Positions 37,763 through 50,599 of a stretch of 64,000 nt of DNA are shown in pieces (the stretch's first letter is position 1; each line of letters opens with the position of its first letter). The position numbers were made by a program, and so were the translations under genes. The notes under the pieces are model-generated. The model was not told the origin of the DNA and made no database searches. It saw only the letters and a program-made list of their open reading frames with translations. This DNA is from Octopus vulgaris (Eukaryota): the NCBI GenBank assembly GCA_951406725.2, contig OX597816.1, positions 107,446,001-107,510,000 on the forward strand, given 5' to 3'.

Positions 37763-37770
<8 letters not shown>
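37591..37770. repeat. Perfect fold-back with arms of about 75 bp and a 30-bp spacer
   Basis: ATATTATTAGTGAATTGAAG...CTACACGTGT is followed by its exact reverse complement. Confidence 0.9.
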
Positions 37771-37814
<44 letters not shown>

Positions 37815-38780
37815 TCTGATTACCCAGTATCAAGTGCGAAGCCGATTGCTACAAGAGACTGTACTAGACGTATAATACTGTATGCTTTGATATATATTCA
37901 ACATAAAACTGAGTAACGGTACGATTTGTGAAACTTTCGTTTCTAATAATAAACCACACTACGCTATTGAGCCCATTCTTTTGCTTCTTATACAAAGTTG
38001 TGTGTGTTTGTGCATATATATTTATGTACATGTGTGTGTGTGTGTGTTTAATAAATTGTGACGTGAACAAAATTTAGGTTCGCCCAATCATAGAAAATTT
38101 GTCAACATCCGTTGTTTGAATTTATAATTCTAATATATATATATATAATTATTTTGGTCATAGATTTACCGATTGTATTGAAAGCAGACATTAACTTCTT
38201 ATCAAACATTATAATTCTTTGGTGGTAGATGTAACAGATAAGGTAACCTTTTTTTGAAAAAACTCTTTTATTAAATTATCTTATAACCGCCAAATATTAT
38301 AGCTTTTTTTAAAATGTTATTATACGAAGAATTGTTTGCACAGTCCTCTCTCTCTCTTTCTCTCTCTCACACACACACACACACGCTCACACGCATCCAC
38401 ATACTCATGACACAGATGCATCAGTGTGCATATAGGTGTATGTATGTTTTTCTGAACAATATGGCGGTGCCCCAGTATGGCCGCAGTCTGACTGAAACAA
38501 GTAAAAGATAAAAGATATATGTTTATATGTGTGTAGTGTGTGTGTGTGCAAACATGCTTCTATACATAATTACGCGCCACAAACACACATATATATATAC
38601 CTATATTCGCACGCACGCCCACACACGCACACACACTCACTCACTCACTCACACATAGGCGCAGGCAAAGGTGAGTGGTTTAGAAGTTCGCTTCACAATT
38701 ACAAGGTTCTGAATTCGATTTCGCAGTGAATAGAATTCGGAGAAAGCAGAATCCCGCCATGGTCTCCCCTTCTCTCTCTC

Positions 38781-38819
<39 letters not shown>

Positions 38820-39316
38820 GATAAGACATAGATACAAACATTATAATACATAAACCCACACATACACATACACAAAACATTTAAAAAGAAATAGGAAAAA
38901 AATAGAGATAAATTAATAAATGAAAAGAACTAAATTTATAAGGAACTCTGTTTCAAACAGAATAGTAAGCAAACCCATACACACACATACGCACATACAA
39001 AACACGGAAACCCCCACACATACACACACGCGCAAACGCATGCGCAGATAAGGATACACACCATAGGAAAACAGAATGGACCAAACAGAACAAGAGACAC
39101 GTGGGATGAAGAGCCGCTGAAGAGGTCACAGGATGTGTGACGAAAGATTTACAGGCAAAGGACAATAAAATAAGAACTATAATAAATTGGAAATGAAGAA
39201 CGGCTATATAGTGCATGTGTTTATTTGGCAAAAAAACAACGACTATCTCTTATATAACAATATCTGTTTCAAAACACGATTTCACATCAGGAATCTTGCA
39301 AAATAAATATATAAAC

Positions 39317-39357
<41 letters not shown>

Positions 39358-39494
39358 TAGGGTAATTTGCCTTTGGGAACAAGTAACCGGAAATGTTTTC
39401 TGTGGGACAAGCCCATTGTGGTTCAGTGTTCCACCGCTAGTAATTACTTGATGCAAACCTCAGGCATCATCCTGCCGACAGGCGTCGTCAGTTG

Positions 39495-39995
39495 AAGTCA
39501 TACTGCCACGTGGTACGTCTTTGTTTTGCAGTGTTTCTACCCTGTTCGTCGATTTCTGTGATGGCTGAAAAGAAGGAATAGCCTGCTTCCGTGAAATTCT
39601 GCTTTCTGCTGGGGAAAACGGTGGTCAAAACAGTTGTCATGCTTCAAACAGCTTACAAGGACGCTGCCATGAGCAAAACACAAGTTTACGAGTAGTTTTC
39701 ACGCTTTAGGAATGGTCGCTTGTCGCTTGAAAACTAATCTCGTTCAGGGCGACCGTCGACTTACCGAACGAAAGAAAGCATCATGAAAATTCATGAACAA
39801 ATGTTAGAGGACCGTCGCCGAACAATTGACGACTTTGTTAATGTGACTGGTGTGTCATGGAGCTCCTGACAATGAATTTTTAGCGAGGAATTACGAATGA
39901 AAAGAGTTACAGTAAAAGCTGTTCGACGTTTGCTCACAGAAGATCAAAAGTAGTCACGACTGCATGCGCGTCGTAAACTGAAAGAACAGTTGGAA
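39495..39995 (+). mobile_element. mariner transposase 5' relic
   Basis: VKFCFLLGK..MLQTAYKDAAMSKTQVYE*FSRF..SRSGRPST..EDRRRTI..ELRMKRV, with stop codons. Confidence 0.8.
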
Positions 39996-40074
39996 GTCTG
40001 CGTCTGCTTTGGGGTGGTGCCTTCGGTATGCTGTTAGTAGTTTTCTGGCTTTTCTATCTAGGTTTCCTGTCGCC

Positions 40075-40175
40075 TTTTGGTGTTTAATATTAGTTTAACT
40101 CTTCTGTAATACTCTCTCCAATTTTTCTCTTTCATTTCTGAGTGTTGTATTTTAGCTGTTTCGTCTATTCCTAGA

Positions 40176-40176
<1 letters not shown>
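40075..40176 (-). mobile_element. R4/Dong-like RT fragment abutting a long (TAA)n tract (40177-40335)
   Basis: YLGIDETAKIQHSEMKEK..REYYRRVKLILNT. Confidence 0.55.
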
Positions 40177-40217
<41 letters not shown>

Positions 40218-40267
40218 CATTATTATTATTGTTATTATTATTATTATTATCATTATTATTATTATTA

Positions 40268-40335
<68 letters not shown>

Positions 40336-40664
40336 TAAAACAGTTTGATTCGGCTCCTTGCGGCTTCAAGTTTTGTGGGTTTCTAACAGAAACGCGGGTC
40401 ATTCTGGCTCAGATTACCGGTAATCTGAGCCTGAACGATTTGGGTCTCTAGAAGCCAGCGGAACTTTAAATCGCATGAAGCCGAATCAAACTGTTTGAAA
40501 TAATAATAATAGTAATGATGATGATGATAATAGTAATACATGTGTGTGAGTGTGTATGTATATGTACATGTTATTAAAGTGGTAAAGTGAAAATTGCACA
40601 CACACACACATATATACACACATATATATATACATCTCCCATGTTATATATATATGTACATACA

Positions 40665-40717
<53 letters not shown>

Positions 40718-41149
40718 GCTGCTACAACATATAAGTCTAGACATGCTTCCAGTGGACAAGTTCTAATTACTTCTACACGAATGAAGTTGACGTATTATTT
40801 TCACACTTTTAAGTTCTGATGTCAAATTTTATTCTTGGGTACATAATTTGTTATTATTATTTGATTATAGCACCTGTTGAACTGATTAATGCATATATTT
40901 ACGAATCAAAGTTTCAAATCTCTGGGTCATTTATCAAACAAGATATAAACATTCTCTAGTTTGTCGTTTTATTTGTGTAACCTTTTTTGTTTTGGTTTCT
41001 CATGTTGAATATTAAGTATTAATATGGCGGTCGGTGGACTGGTCGAATCACGAAAGTATTGGACAAATTAATTTATATTATTTAAATACGCAATTCAAAT
41101 TTCTCCAGATTTCGAATCAGTCTTACATCCTTTTGGTGTCTATAAAAAT

Positions 41150-41760
41150 TCTACAATCTTTTCCTCTGTGTCTAGATGAGCAAATCCTTTTTAAATGATC
41201 TGTTTCTCTTACAGGCTTCATTGTGGAGGGGTATATTGGTGTCGTAGTCTTTATGCTTATTTTCTACTGTTTTTAATTGGTTTGAGCCATCCTCTGAGGA
41301 GGGAGCTGGTTTCTAACAAGTCTACAAAGCTACATCATTGGAATCTAGATAACAAAAGTATATTAGCATTTTAAACTTGAGAGATGTTTTGTATATTTTT
41401 ACAGTTCTACTTACAAATTGCATTTGTAACGTACGAGCCTGTTGGTTGATTTCTTTTTCTAAAATCTTGGCCTATCTAGATTGACATTTAGGATATACTC
41501 ACAAAACCAAGTGTACCAAATATTTTGGTATAAATGTGAATTTATAATCTGGATAGAGAAGCTGGTGATTTCGGAGCAGTTGTCCCTGGTTATCATATTT
41601 CTCTCTGATTTTCAAAGAAATATACTTACTTTTTCTTGACTGTTCCAAACAACAATATCCGGCCTGTTATGTTTACACTTGACAGAAGCTTTGATGGAAA
41701 TGTTCCAGCAGTGTTCTAAGTGTTGAGATTTCTTTATGAATTCAATAACAGAGGGATTCT
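41150..41760 (-). mobile_element. R4/Dong-like LINE 3' end (restriction-like endonuclease region)
   Basis: EHCWNISIKASVKCKHNRPDIVVWN, a PD-(D/E)xK-type motif, read on the minus strand near 41640-41720. Confidence 0.6.
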
Positions 41761-43456
41761 CTATATTTGTATGTATGTACGTATGTGTATATATATAACC
41801 GCTAGTGCGCTTTACTATATTGCTAAATCTTTAGGGAAAAAAAAAAACTTCTGAATATGTGATTTTAGAGAAAGGATAAGTGTTGAGAGCGTATTGTGCT
41901 AACCCAATTAATAAGTGGTAGAAAAATCATATAGTTCAGAATATGATTCTATAGAGTTGTCGCTGTGTGAATCTTTATGCTTAAGCTATGCTCTTAAGTT
42001 AGATATTAGTTTCTTCTTGCTGCTGAAATTTAAAGACTAAAACAGGAAGGAAAATAAACATCAGTACATTTATTTGAAATACTTTAATGGATAAGTAAAT
42101 AAATCCTTTGGGAGTAACTGGACACGTGAGAATCTGTAAATATTTGAATTAGATAAAGTGATAGTCTAAAATGTCTCGCTGCGTGATTATTTCGTTGGAA
42201 AATATTTGTTTTACACTTCATCCACCAGAAGGAAGTAAAAAATTCTTAAATTTAAAACTTTAACATTGGTTATTTTTCTTTCTGCACAAAAAGGAAAAAA
42301 ATACAAAACAAAAAGTTTATAAAAATTGTGAGAGCTGTTATATGGTAAAAGTGTTTTACTGGAAGAGATTCCTGTAATGCATTTTGTTATTGAGACTTCA
42401 CTGAAGACCCATTTTCATGTGTATCTAAGACAAATCAATTAAGGCATGGTTTAAGCCCAACACTACAAAATTATACAGTACCATTACTGCTTACAATAAT
42501 CTGTTGTTATTGGGTCAGGTCATCCCTGAGCGAGGAGATATACCCTGAGCAATTAAACCTGCGATCAAAGGTACCCCAGCTGCGACCATCTCATCTTATT
42601 TTCAAGCACAATATATATATGTGAGAATGCATTATCTAATCAATCTTTTCTTTTTTTAAAGATAGCACCAAGGTGTGATTCGTAAGAGATTTGCCAGCTG
42701 TTTCTGTCTGATCCTAGAAGCTCCCCGACGGTTCGAATTGTACATTTTACCTATGAATGGTGGAACTAGATCATCGAAGTGCCACGATATATAACGATTA
42801 TTGATATTCCAGTGATAGGAATGAAATCGCCGATCTTTAGCATAGCTGTCTGTGGTTATAAAAATGCCAGATAATGCAAACATATGTATTATTTCTTAAA
42901 CAAATATATTGACTCAAATACTAAATATCTCTAATTTATGCTTGACTATTCAGCATTTGCGATATATTTCCATGGCTGATTAGTTCTAGTGACATGAAAG
43001 AAAACAACATTTTTTTCAGCATGACATAACTGAAACCCAAAACTGAGCTGTTGTGTATGTGTTGTCTCTATTTGGCGGAGCCTACCTTTACTCAACGTTG
43101 GTAGCTACTGAAGTAAACTTGATTTAGAAATAGCAGTTAAGTTCTTTCACATGGCATCTAAAAAGGTAAAACATTTAGGCATTATCTTTGGTATCTAAAC
43201 AGATACGAAGGTTACTGATGGAACACTCGTAATCATAGTCTGTTTTATCTGAGCTGTTTTGTGATCAAGCAGCAGCAGCAGAAATGACAATATTTAGTTA
43301 ATGTGTGTTAACTTATTGACCATTTGACTGGTGAATAAATGTTTAGTTAAAAGAAATTTAGGAAACTTTAGATGCATATATAAATATTACTATAGCCTCG
43401 GGCCGACCAAAGCCATGTGAGTGGATTTGATAGACGGAAACTGAAAGAAGCATGTC

Positions 43457-43532
<76 letters not shown>

Positions 43533-44879
43533 ATGTAGATATATATAGATGTATATCTTCGTGTATCTGTGTTTGTCCCTCTACCATCGCTTGAACACTA
43601 TTGTTGGTGTATTTATGTCTCCGTAACTTAGCAGTTCGGCAAAAGAGACCAATAGAATAAGTACTAGGCTTACAAACAATAAGTCCTGGGGGCGATTTGA
43701 TCGACTAAAGGCGGTGTTCCAGCATGGCCGCAGTCAAATGACTGAAAGAAAAAAAAAAACAAGAATATATACAGGACTTGACAATATTTGCGACAAATCT
43801 AGGAATCGAAATTTCCGGTCGTAATGTCATAAATGATAAGTATTGGCTAGTTTGCTTTTATGCAGAATCAGATAACGTACACGTTTGTCCATACTCGACA
43901 ACATTTCAAAGCATACAGCCTCGCACTCACTAAAACATGACTACAACTTACATGCACAAGAAATTCAATTTACTGGAATATATAACTTTCATGTCGCTGT
44001 AATCCAGGCTTTGTTCTGAACCATCAGATTTTGATCTTCCTTACAAACGAACAATTAGCTTGCTTGTCAAAACAAGAAATGAATTTAGTAGCAACAGAAT
44101 TGATATTTATACAAAGTAATAAACGATGCAGGATTCTTAAGTTGACGTTTATTGTGGCCAAAGGAAGAATCGAGTAATCTAAGTAGTATGTTATAATGCT
44201 CATGCATAAACTTTTATTTCAAGTATGTTCGGTAGCACCGGGAAAATATCGCGAAATTAAAAGCGTGTTGGTTATAATTTTTCGATCTATATTACTTTAA
44301 ATATGTTAAATGTGTACATCATACAAATATATGACATGATGATGTATTGCCATAAAATCCCACGTATAATATGCGACCTCATGTAAATATTTAAGTCCAT
44401 TTTTGGACTTAAATATTTTAAAAAGTTGTTATTATACCCTGCATAACACATAATGGTGTACAACAACTACAAGGGGAGATAATCTAGCATGATTCTATTT
44501 ATTGTTTGATATTTCATTTTGTATATAAGGACAGCAAGCTGGCAGAATCAGCTAACCATTTTGTGCGCCGCACAAAATGGTTAGCGGTATTTTTCTGGCC
44601 CTTTGTGTTCTGCGTTCAAATACCGACGAAGCCGAGTTTGCCTTTCATCCTTTCGCGGGTGATAACATAAGTATTTGTTGAGCACTAGGATCAATGTAAT
44701 CGACTTCACCTTCCTCTCAATATTACAGGTCTTATGTAAAAGTAATAAAGAAATATTTCTTTTTATATAAAGTAAACTGATATGTAATGAAAAATTAATG
44801 TAAAAAAAGTAATAAAGCTTAATCAAATCGTGTTTATACACACACACACATACACACACACACATATGTTGATTGTCTA

Positions 44880-47415
44880 CTCCTTATGCAGAGTCTGACC
44901 ACCTCCTGTACCACCACCTTAGATCCATCATGGCTTTTTAAACCAGACAATGTATTAAAAAGACACCCATATAGATTGCATATCCGATTTGGACCACCAA
45001 GAGCTGTAGTTAAGTTCTAATCTTTGTGGATCTTAAAATATCTTTTGAGGTCTCCGTTGGATTTGTAGACCTTATAACATATATGGCAATAAAAGGTGTT
45101 CACAGACATATAGGCAGAATAGTTGGTGGAGGTTCGTTTTTCATGGGTCCGCAAATGAGATTTGAGCCCAGCAAAAGAAAGGCATGGTCTGTCCCAAACT
45201 GTGCACACAAAAAGGTCATTGTGATTCACCTTCTCGATCGTAACATTCTTCTTTAAATCTCTCTTGAGTCTTGCATGCATTATCCTGGCCTCATCAAACG
45301 CTCTCACTGCACTCCACACTTTTGTTCGCCAACCAACCCGATCCAAAGCAAGGGTTTCTATGTCCTCTGGATCCGTTCCAAGTGACTTCATGTGTGCGTT
45401 CATCCACCATTCGAACAATATGGACTGACCATCTCATTTGATTTTACATAATCATTGCTTTAATCGAAGTGATTCCTGCAGACGCAAGGACATTTGTGTT
45501 TGGAGTAAAAGAACTACATTTAATGTTTAAAATGCGATGAAGGCATTTTTGGTGGAATTGTTCTAACAATTTGAAATGTCTTTTATAACATGTCCATGTT
45601 TCAGAAGAATACAACAGGGATGGTATGACAAACGATTTGTAAAGAGCCAATTCTGTGTTACCATTTATATGTCGTTGGCGCCAAACGCGTGACTCCAAAC
45701 CATCGAATGCTTGTACTGCCCTTTGAATTCGCAGATGTATTTCTGTGTCCAGATTTCCATAATTTTGTACAGAGCTCCCAAGGTAGATGAAAGAATCAAC
45801 AACTTCAAATAACTTACCCGTAACAAAAATTTTACGGGGGTTACAAATAGCACCACATGCAGGCTGATACATATGACTGTTTTTTTCAAGTTGATGGTCA
45901 AGCCAAAATTATCACAAGCTGAGTGAAATGCAGATACAAGAGATTGCAGACCTGTTTCAGAATGACTGACTAGATCTCAATCGTCAGCGTATAAGAGTTT
46001 CTTAATGAGTGAAGTAAAAATCTTCGTTTTGAACTTCAGTCTTGGCAGATTAAAAACATTCCCTGTTGTTCGATATTTTATGTAAATACCCTCCTCAGAG
46101 TTTTGAAAAGCGCGTGACAGCACATCAGCAAAATATATTGCAAAGAGGGTGGGTGCATCAAGGTCTCTTTGCATTACTCCATTTCAGAGACCCTACTTCC
46201 AAAGTTAGCTCTAGCTTTCATATCTCAATGCAAAGCCCTGATCATGTTTACAAATTTTTCTGGGCTCCCTATTTTCCTTAGAATTAGCCACAGAGCATCT
46301 CGATTAACAGTATCAAATGCTTTGCTCAAATCAACAAGGCAATGGTATAGGGCAAGATTCTGTTCAATGCACTTTTCCTCCAGTTGTCTTATAGTAAAGA
46401 TACAATCAACTGTGCCCCTGGAGGAGTGAAAACCATATTGAGATTCAGACACCACATTTGGAACTATGAGGGTATTTAAACTTTCTAACAGAATGTGTGT
46501 AAGTACCTTTCCAAGCACTGACAAAAGTGAAATCCCACGACAATTATCACATAGATACTTTAGCCACGATTTATACAAGTAGACTAAAATGGCATCAATC
46601 CAGTCTTAAGGCACTTTCTCAGTTCTTCAACAGTGACAAATTAATATATTTAAGAGTTTAAACATTTTGTCCCCTCCATATTTCAAGATCTCTGCACAGA
46701 TTCCATCAGACACTGGCCACTTATTGCTATCCAGCTTATTCACAGCTAAATAAATGTCATTTAGAGTTGGTTCAAATGCCATCTCCTATATAACTGGGAG
46801 GTGTTCAAGTTTTTCTATCATCCTCATGTCAGCGGATGATGGTCTATTCAAAAATGCGGAAAAATGTTCTACCCAGCGCTTATGAATAGAAGCGGTGCCA
46901 GTTAGAAGCAAATGTCCATTTGCTGTTCTCACTGGAGCTATTGAAGAAAATTTTGGGCCATATACCTCCTTAACATAAGAGTACAAACCTTGGCATCATT
47001 TCAATTAGCTGCTTCTTGTGCCCCTTTTGTTCTACCATTCCACCATTCCTGTTTAATTTTTCTTAGAGCAGTTTGTACTTTCCTTTTCAGCTTTCTATAA
47101 GCTTCGTTTGAGTTGGGATTCAAGGACTGAGAAAGAGGTGTATTGCCTAAGTTTTGTTTTTCTAAAAGAAGATCATGAAATTCAGTTGATTTGTCTGAAA
47201 ACCAGTCACTGGACTTACGCGATTTAAATCCCACTGACGAACTTGCAGCCTGAAATACTTTTGTTTTGAAATCTTCCCATAGATTGTTTTTGTCAAGATT
47301 GATACTTTCTACAGCATCGCAGAATCTTTGCAAGTTGCTTGGCAATTTGAAGTTTGCAACATTTAACTTTTTGGGTACCCTAGGACCAGACTGTCGACTT
47401 TTAGGTACTGTTGGT
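44880..47415 (-). mobile_element. RTE-clade LINE, 5'-truncated and degraded, with C-terminal C2H2 fingers
   Basis: NCRGISLLSVLGKV, SQYGF..SRGTVDCIFTIRQLEEKC, DLSKAFDTVNR, LLYADD, FIYLGS, LLYSSETWT and CTVWDRPC..GLKSHLRTH. Confidence 0.88.
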
Positions 47416-47419
47416 TTGT

Positions 47420-47870
47420 TTGCAAATACTGATAGGGCACAGAAGGTATGTCAATAGCCAGCTGGTGAAGGTGTCCCCCTAGGTCTACAAGCTACAGTAG
47501 CATCCACCCTAAGGGGTTAGCCACATTTAAGTGGCAAATGAACTTCACGATGTGTTGCAGCTACTGTTTATACCTCGCTCAGAGATTTATTATTGCTTGT
47601 TTACGATTTTTTTATACCAATGACTATTTGCAAAGGGAGGCCTACTTTTCGTCGACAACTCGTGATTATCACACACTGATGACGGGTCAATACCCAGAAA
47701 CTCGAGTCCGTGTGTATCATAGGTTGAAGACGGGAAGGATGGCCTCCCTTTGCAAATACTGATAGGGCACAGAAAGTGTGTCAATAGCCAGCTGGGGAAG
47801 GTGGGTGTCCTCCTGGGGCTACAAGCTACAGTAGCATCCACCCTTAGGGGTTAGCCACATTCAAGTGGCA
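47420..47870 (+). mobile_element. Small non-coding element with direct terminal repeats of about 120 bp and an internal hammerhead (Penelope pseudo-LTR or retrozyme-like)
   Basis: TTTGCAAATACTGATAGGGCACAGAA...GGGGTTAGCCACATT(T/C)AAGTGGCA occurs at about 47420-47536 and 47749-47870. CTGATGA..GAAACTCGAGTC lies at about 47670-47715. Confidence 0.65.
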
Positions 47871-48474
47871 TATATATATATATATATATATGCGTTTATC
47901 AATTCGTTTTGCAAGATTCATGATGTGAAATCGTGAGTTGAAACAGATATTGTTGTACTTCGGGATGGTCATTTTATTATTATTTTTTTGCCAAATAAAT
48001 ACACGCACTATATTTTTTCTCCACTCGTTTATTACTGTTATTTTATTATTTTCACGCCTGTCCATTGTCCGGAAATCTTTCGTCACACATATGTGATCTC
48101 TTCTGCGACAAAGTGGCTGCTGTCAAAACATTGGAACAAATAAAAGAATATGTATGTATGTGTGTGTATGTGTGTATGTATGTGTATGAGTGTGTGCGTG
48201 TGTACGATTGTTTGAGAAAAACATTTATAATCTAATGCTATGTATTATGCAGACCTCTAATTATCTTGATTTTGGTGAAAAAAGTGGCTACTCAGCGTAC
48301 ATGGTCGTTCATATTTCTCGAATCGAAGCCTATTGTTTGAAACAAAGAACAAGACATTGTTTAACAGAGTTCTTGCTCGCCACTATAAGAAGAGATGATC
48401 ATGACAGGAATGGCTTTGATCATAATAGTTTCAAATTTTGCCACAAGGGCAGCAATTTATTGGGGATGGGATGA

Positions 48475-49190
48475 GTCGATTACATCGACCCCAGTGTTCG
48501 ATTGGTATTTATTTTATCAACCCCGAAAAGATGAAAGGTAAAGTCGACTTCGGCGGAATTAGAACTCAGAATATAACGACGAGCGAAATACCTATTTCTT
48601 TACTACCCACAAGGGGCTAAACACAGAGGGGACAAATAAGGACAGACAAACGGATTAAGTCAATTATATCGACTCCAGTGCGTAACTGGTACTTATTTAA
48701 TCGACCCCGAAAGGATGAAAGGCAAAGTCGACCTCGGCGGAATTTGAACTCAGAACGTAGCGACAGACGAAATACCTATTTTTTTACTACCCACAAGGGG
48801 CTAAACACAGAGAGGATAAACAAGGACAGACAAACGGATTAAGTCGATCATATCGACTCCAGTGCGTAACTGGTACTTATTTAATCGACCCCGAAAGGAT
48901 GAAAGGCAAAGTCGACCTCGGCGGAATTTGAACTCAGAACGTAGCGACAGACGAAATACCTATTTTTTTACTACCCACAAGGGGCTAAACACAGAGAGGA
49001 CAAACAAGGACAGACAAACGGATTAAGTCGATCATATCGACTCCAGTGCGTAACTGGTACTTATTTAATCGACCCCGATAGGATGAAAGGTAACATCAAC
49101 TTCGGCGGAATTTGAACTCAGGACATAGCGACGAGCGAAATAACGTTAAGCATTTCGTTCAGCGCGCTAACGATTCTGCCAGCTCACCGC
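48475..49190 (-). repeat. Head-to-tail array of about four tRNA-SINE units (about 182 bp)
   Basis: Repeated GTTCTGAGTTCAAATTCCGCCGAGGTCGACTTTGCCTTTCATCCTTTCGGGGTCGA (B-box plus conserved central domain). The A-box head is present only at about 49190. Confidence 0.85.
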
Positions 49191-49369
49191 TTTATTAATA
49201 ATAATAATGATGATGACGACGAGAAAAATGTACTTCTAAGGGTGGTCGAAATTTAGCTTGTCCTCGGTGCTGAGAAATCTGATGTTGATCATCCAAACCA
49301 TTATTAGTTTTAATGAAAGTAAAACAAGGCGTATAGCATTGTTATTAGTTTTCGATCAAGATAAATAAC

Positions 49370-49407
<38 letters not shown>

Positions 49408-49799
49408 GAAGGAGAGAGAAAGAATTAAAAAGATAGATAGATAGATAAAGAAAGGCTGGGGAAAGAAAACAAAATATACAACTAAACAAAAGAAAACACA
49501 ACTTCCGTGTCCACTTCGACATGAAAACATCGACAAAAGATAAAAGACGGAAATATAAACAAATGCAAGGAAGAAGGACTAAATGATCACCTCTATATTA
49601 AACTTGAAAAGAATTACTACGAAATATTATATGCCACTTGTTGTAAAGACACCGACTCTTTGAACTACGAAAAGTAAACATGGCTACCACTCAATCTTAC
49701 TCTGTCTTCCTATTGTATACGTGAGTATATGTGTGTTTGCGTGCGTGCGTTTGGATGTGGGTATACACACACACGTATTTGTTTTGTTTTGTTTTTGTT

Positions 49800-50010
49800 T
49801 TTCCAGTTTCAGCTCTTGAGCTGTGGCCATGCTGGGGCACCGCCATTGTGGTGAAAGAGTACAGCAGGGATCACCACCCCCTGCCGGATCCTCGTAGAGC
49901 TTTTAGGTGTTTTTCGCTCAATAAACACACACAACGCCCGGTCTGAGAATCGAAACCGCGATCCTGCGACCGCGAGTCCGCTGCCCTAACCATTAGGCCA
50001 TTGCGCCTCC
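49800..50010 (-). mobile_element. tRNA-derived SINE
   Basis: Minus-strand tRNA-like head GGAGGCGCAATGGCCTAATGGTTAGGGCAGCGGACTCGCGG...GGTTTCGATTCTC. Confidence 0.75.
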
Positions 50011-50022
50011 GTATATAGATAT

Positions 50023-50118
<96 letters not shown>

Positions 50119-50599
50119 ATTTACATAAATGTACATATATGTACATATATGGCTACACGTAAGCGCGTATATATATATATATATATATATTTACATATAT
50201 GTACATATATGGCTACACATATGTGCGTATATATATATGTGCAGATCCATGAACAATAAAAGAAAAATAGGGGCAATAAAAGAAAAGAGGGGAAGACAAG
50301 TCAATTGGATGTATATTAAATTAATGCCCAGTGAAAGTTTTTGGGTGAGAGAATAGGAGAAGGAATGACGTTTTGAGCATGGCTCTTCGTTGGATATAGG
50401 AAAAAGTCCAGAGAAAGAAAAGGAGGAAGGAACCAATAGTCCGTAGAAAAGTACGTGTATTTGCATCAACAGGGGGAATAAAAAATTATCCCCACTTTTG
50501 CCTGCACTTTATTTAGGTTGGTTGCACTGCTTTCTCTGCTCACGTGCTAATAGATGGTACTCTTGTGGTTATATAGCTAGTTTGACCTTTCTTGTGTTA

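Noticed and set aside
45017-45418. Host C2H2 zinc-finger gene
   Set aside because: It is contiguous and co-oriented with RTE RT motifs, so it is the LINE ORF C-terminus.
47505-47540. Minus-strand GCCAC-TTAAAT-GTGGCTAACCCC as the 3' part of an HDV-like ribozyme of the adjacent RTE
   Set aside because: No matching P1/P2/P3 elements were found upstream, and the sequence belongs to the direct repeat of a separate element.
48475-49190. CRISPR-like or tRNA-gene array
   Set aside because: The units are about 182-bp SINE copies with no unique spacers and no complete cloverleaf, in a eukaryotic context.
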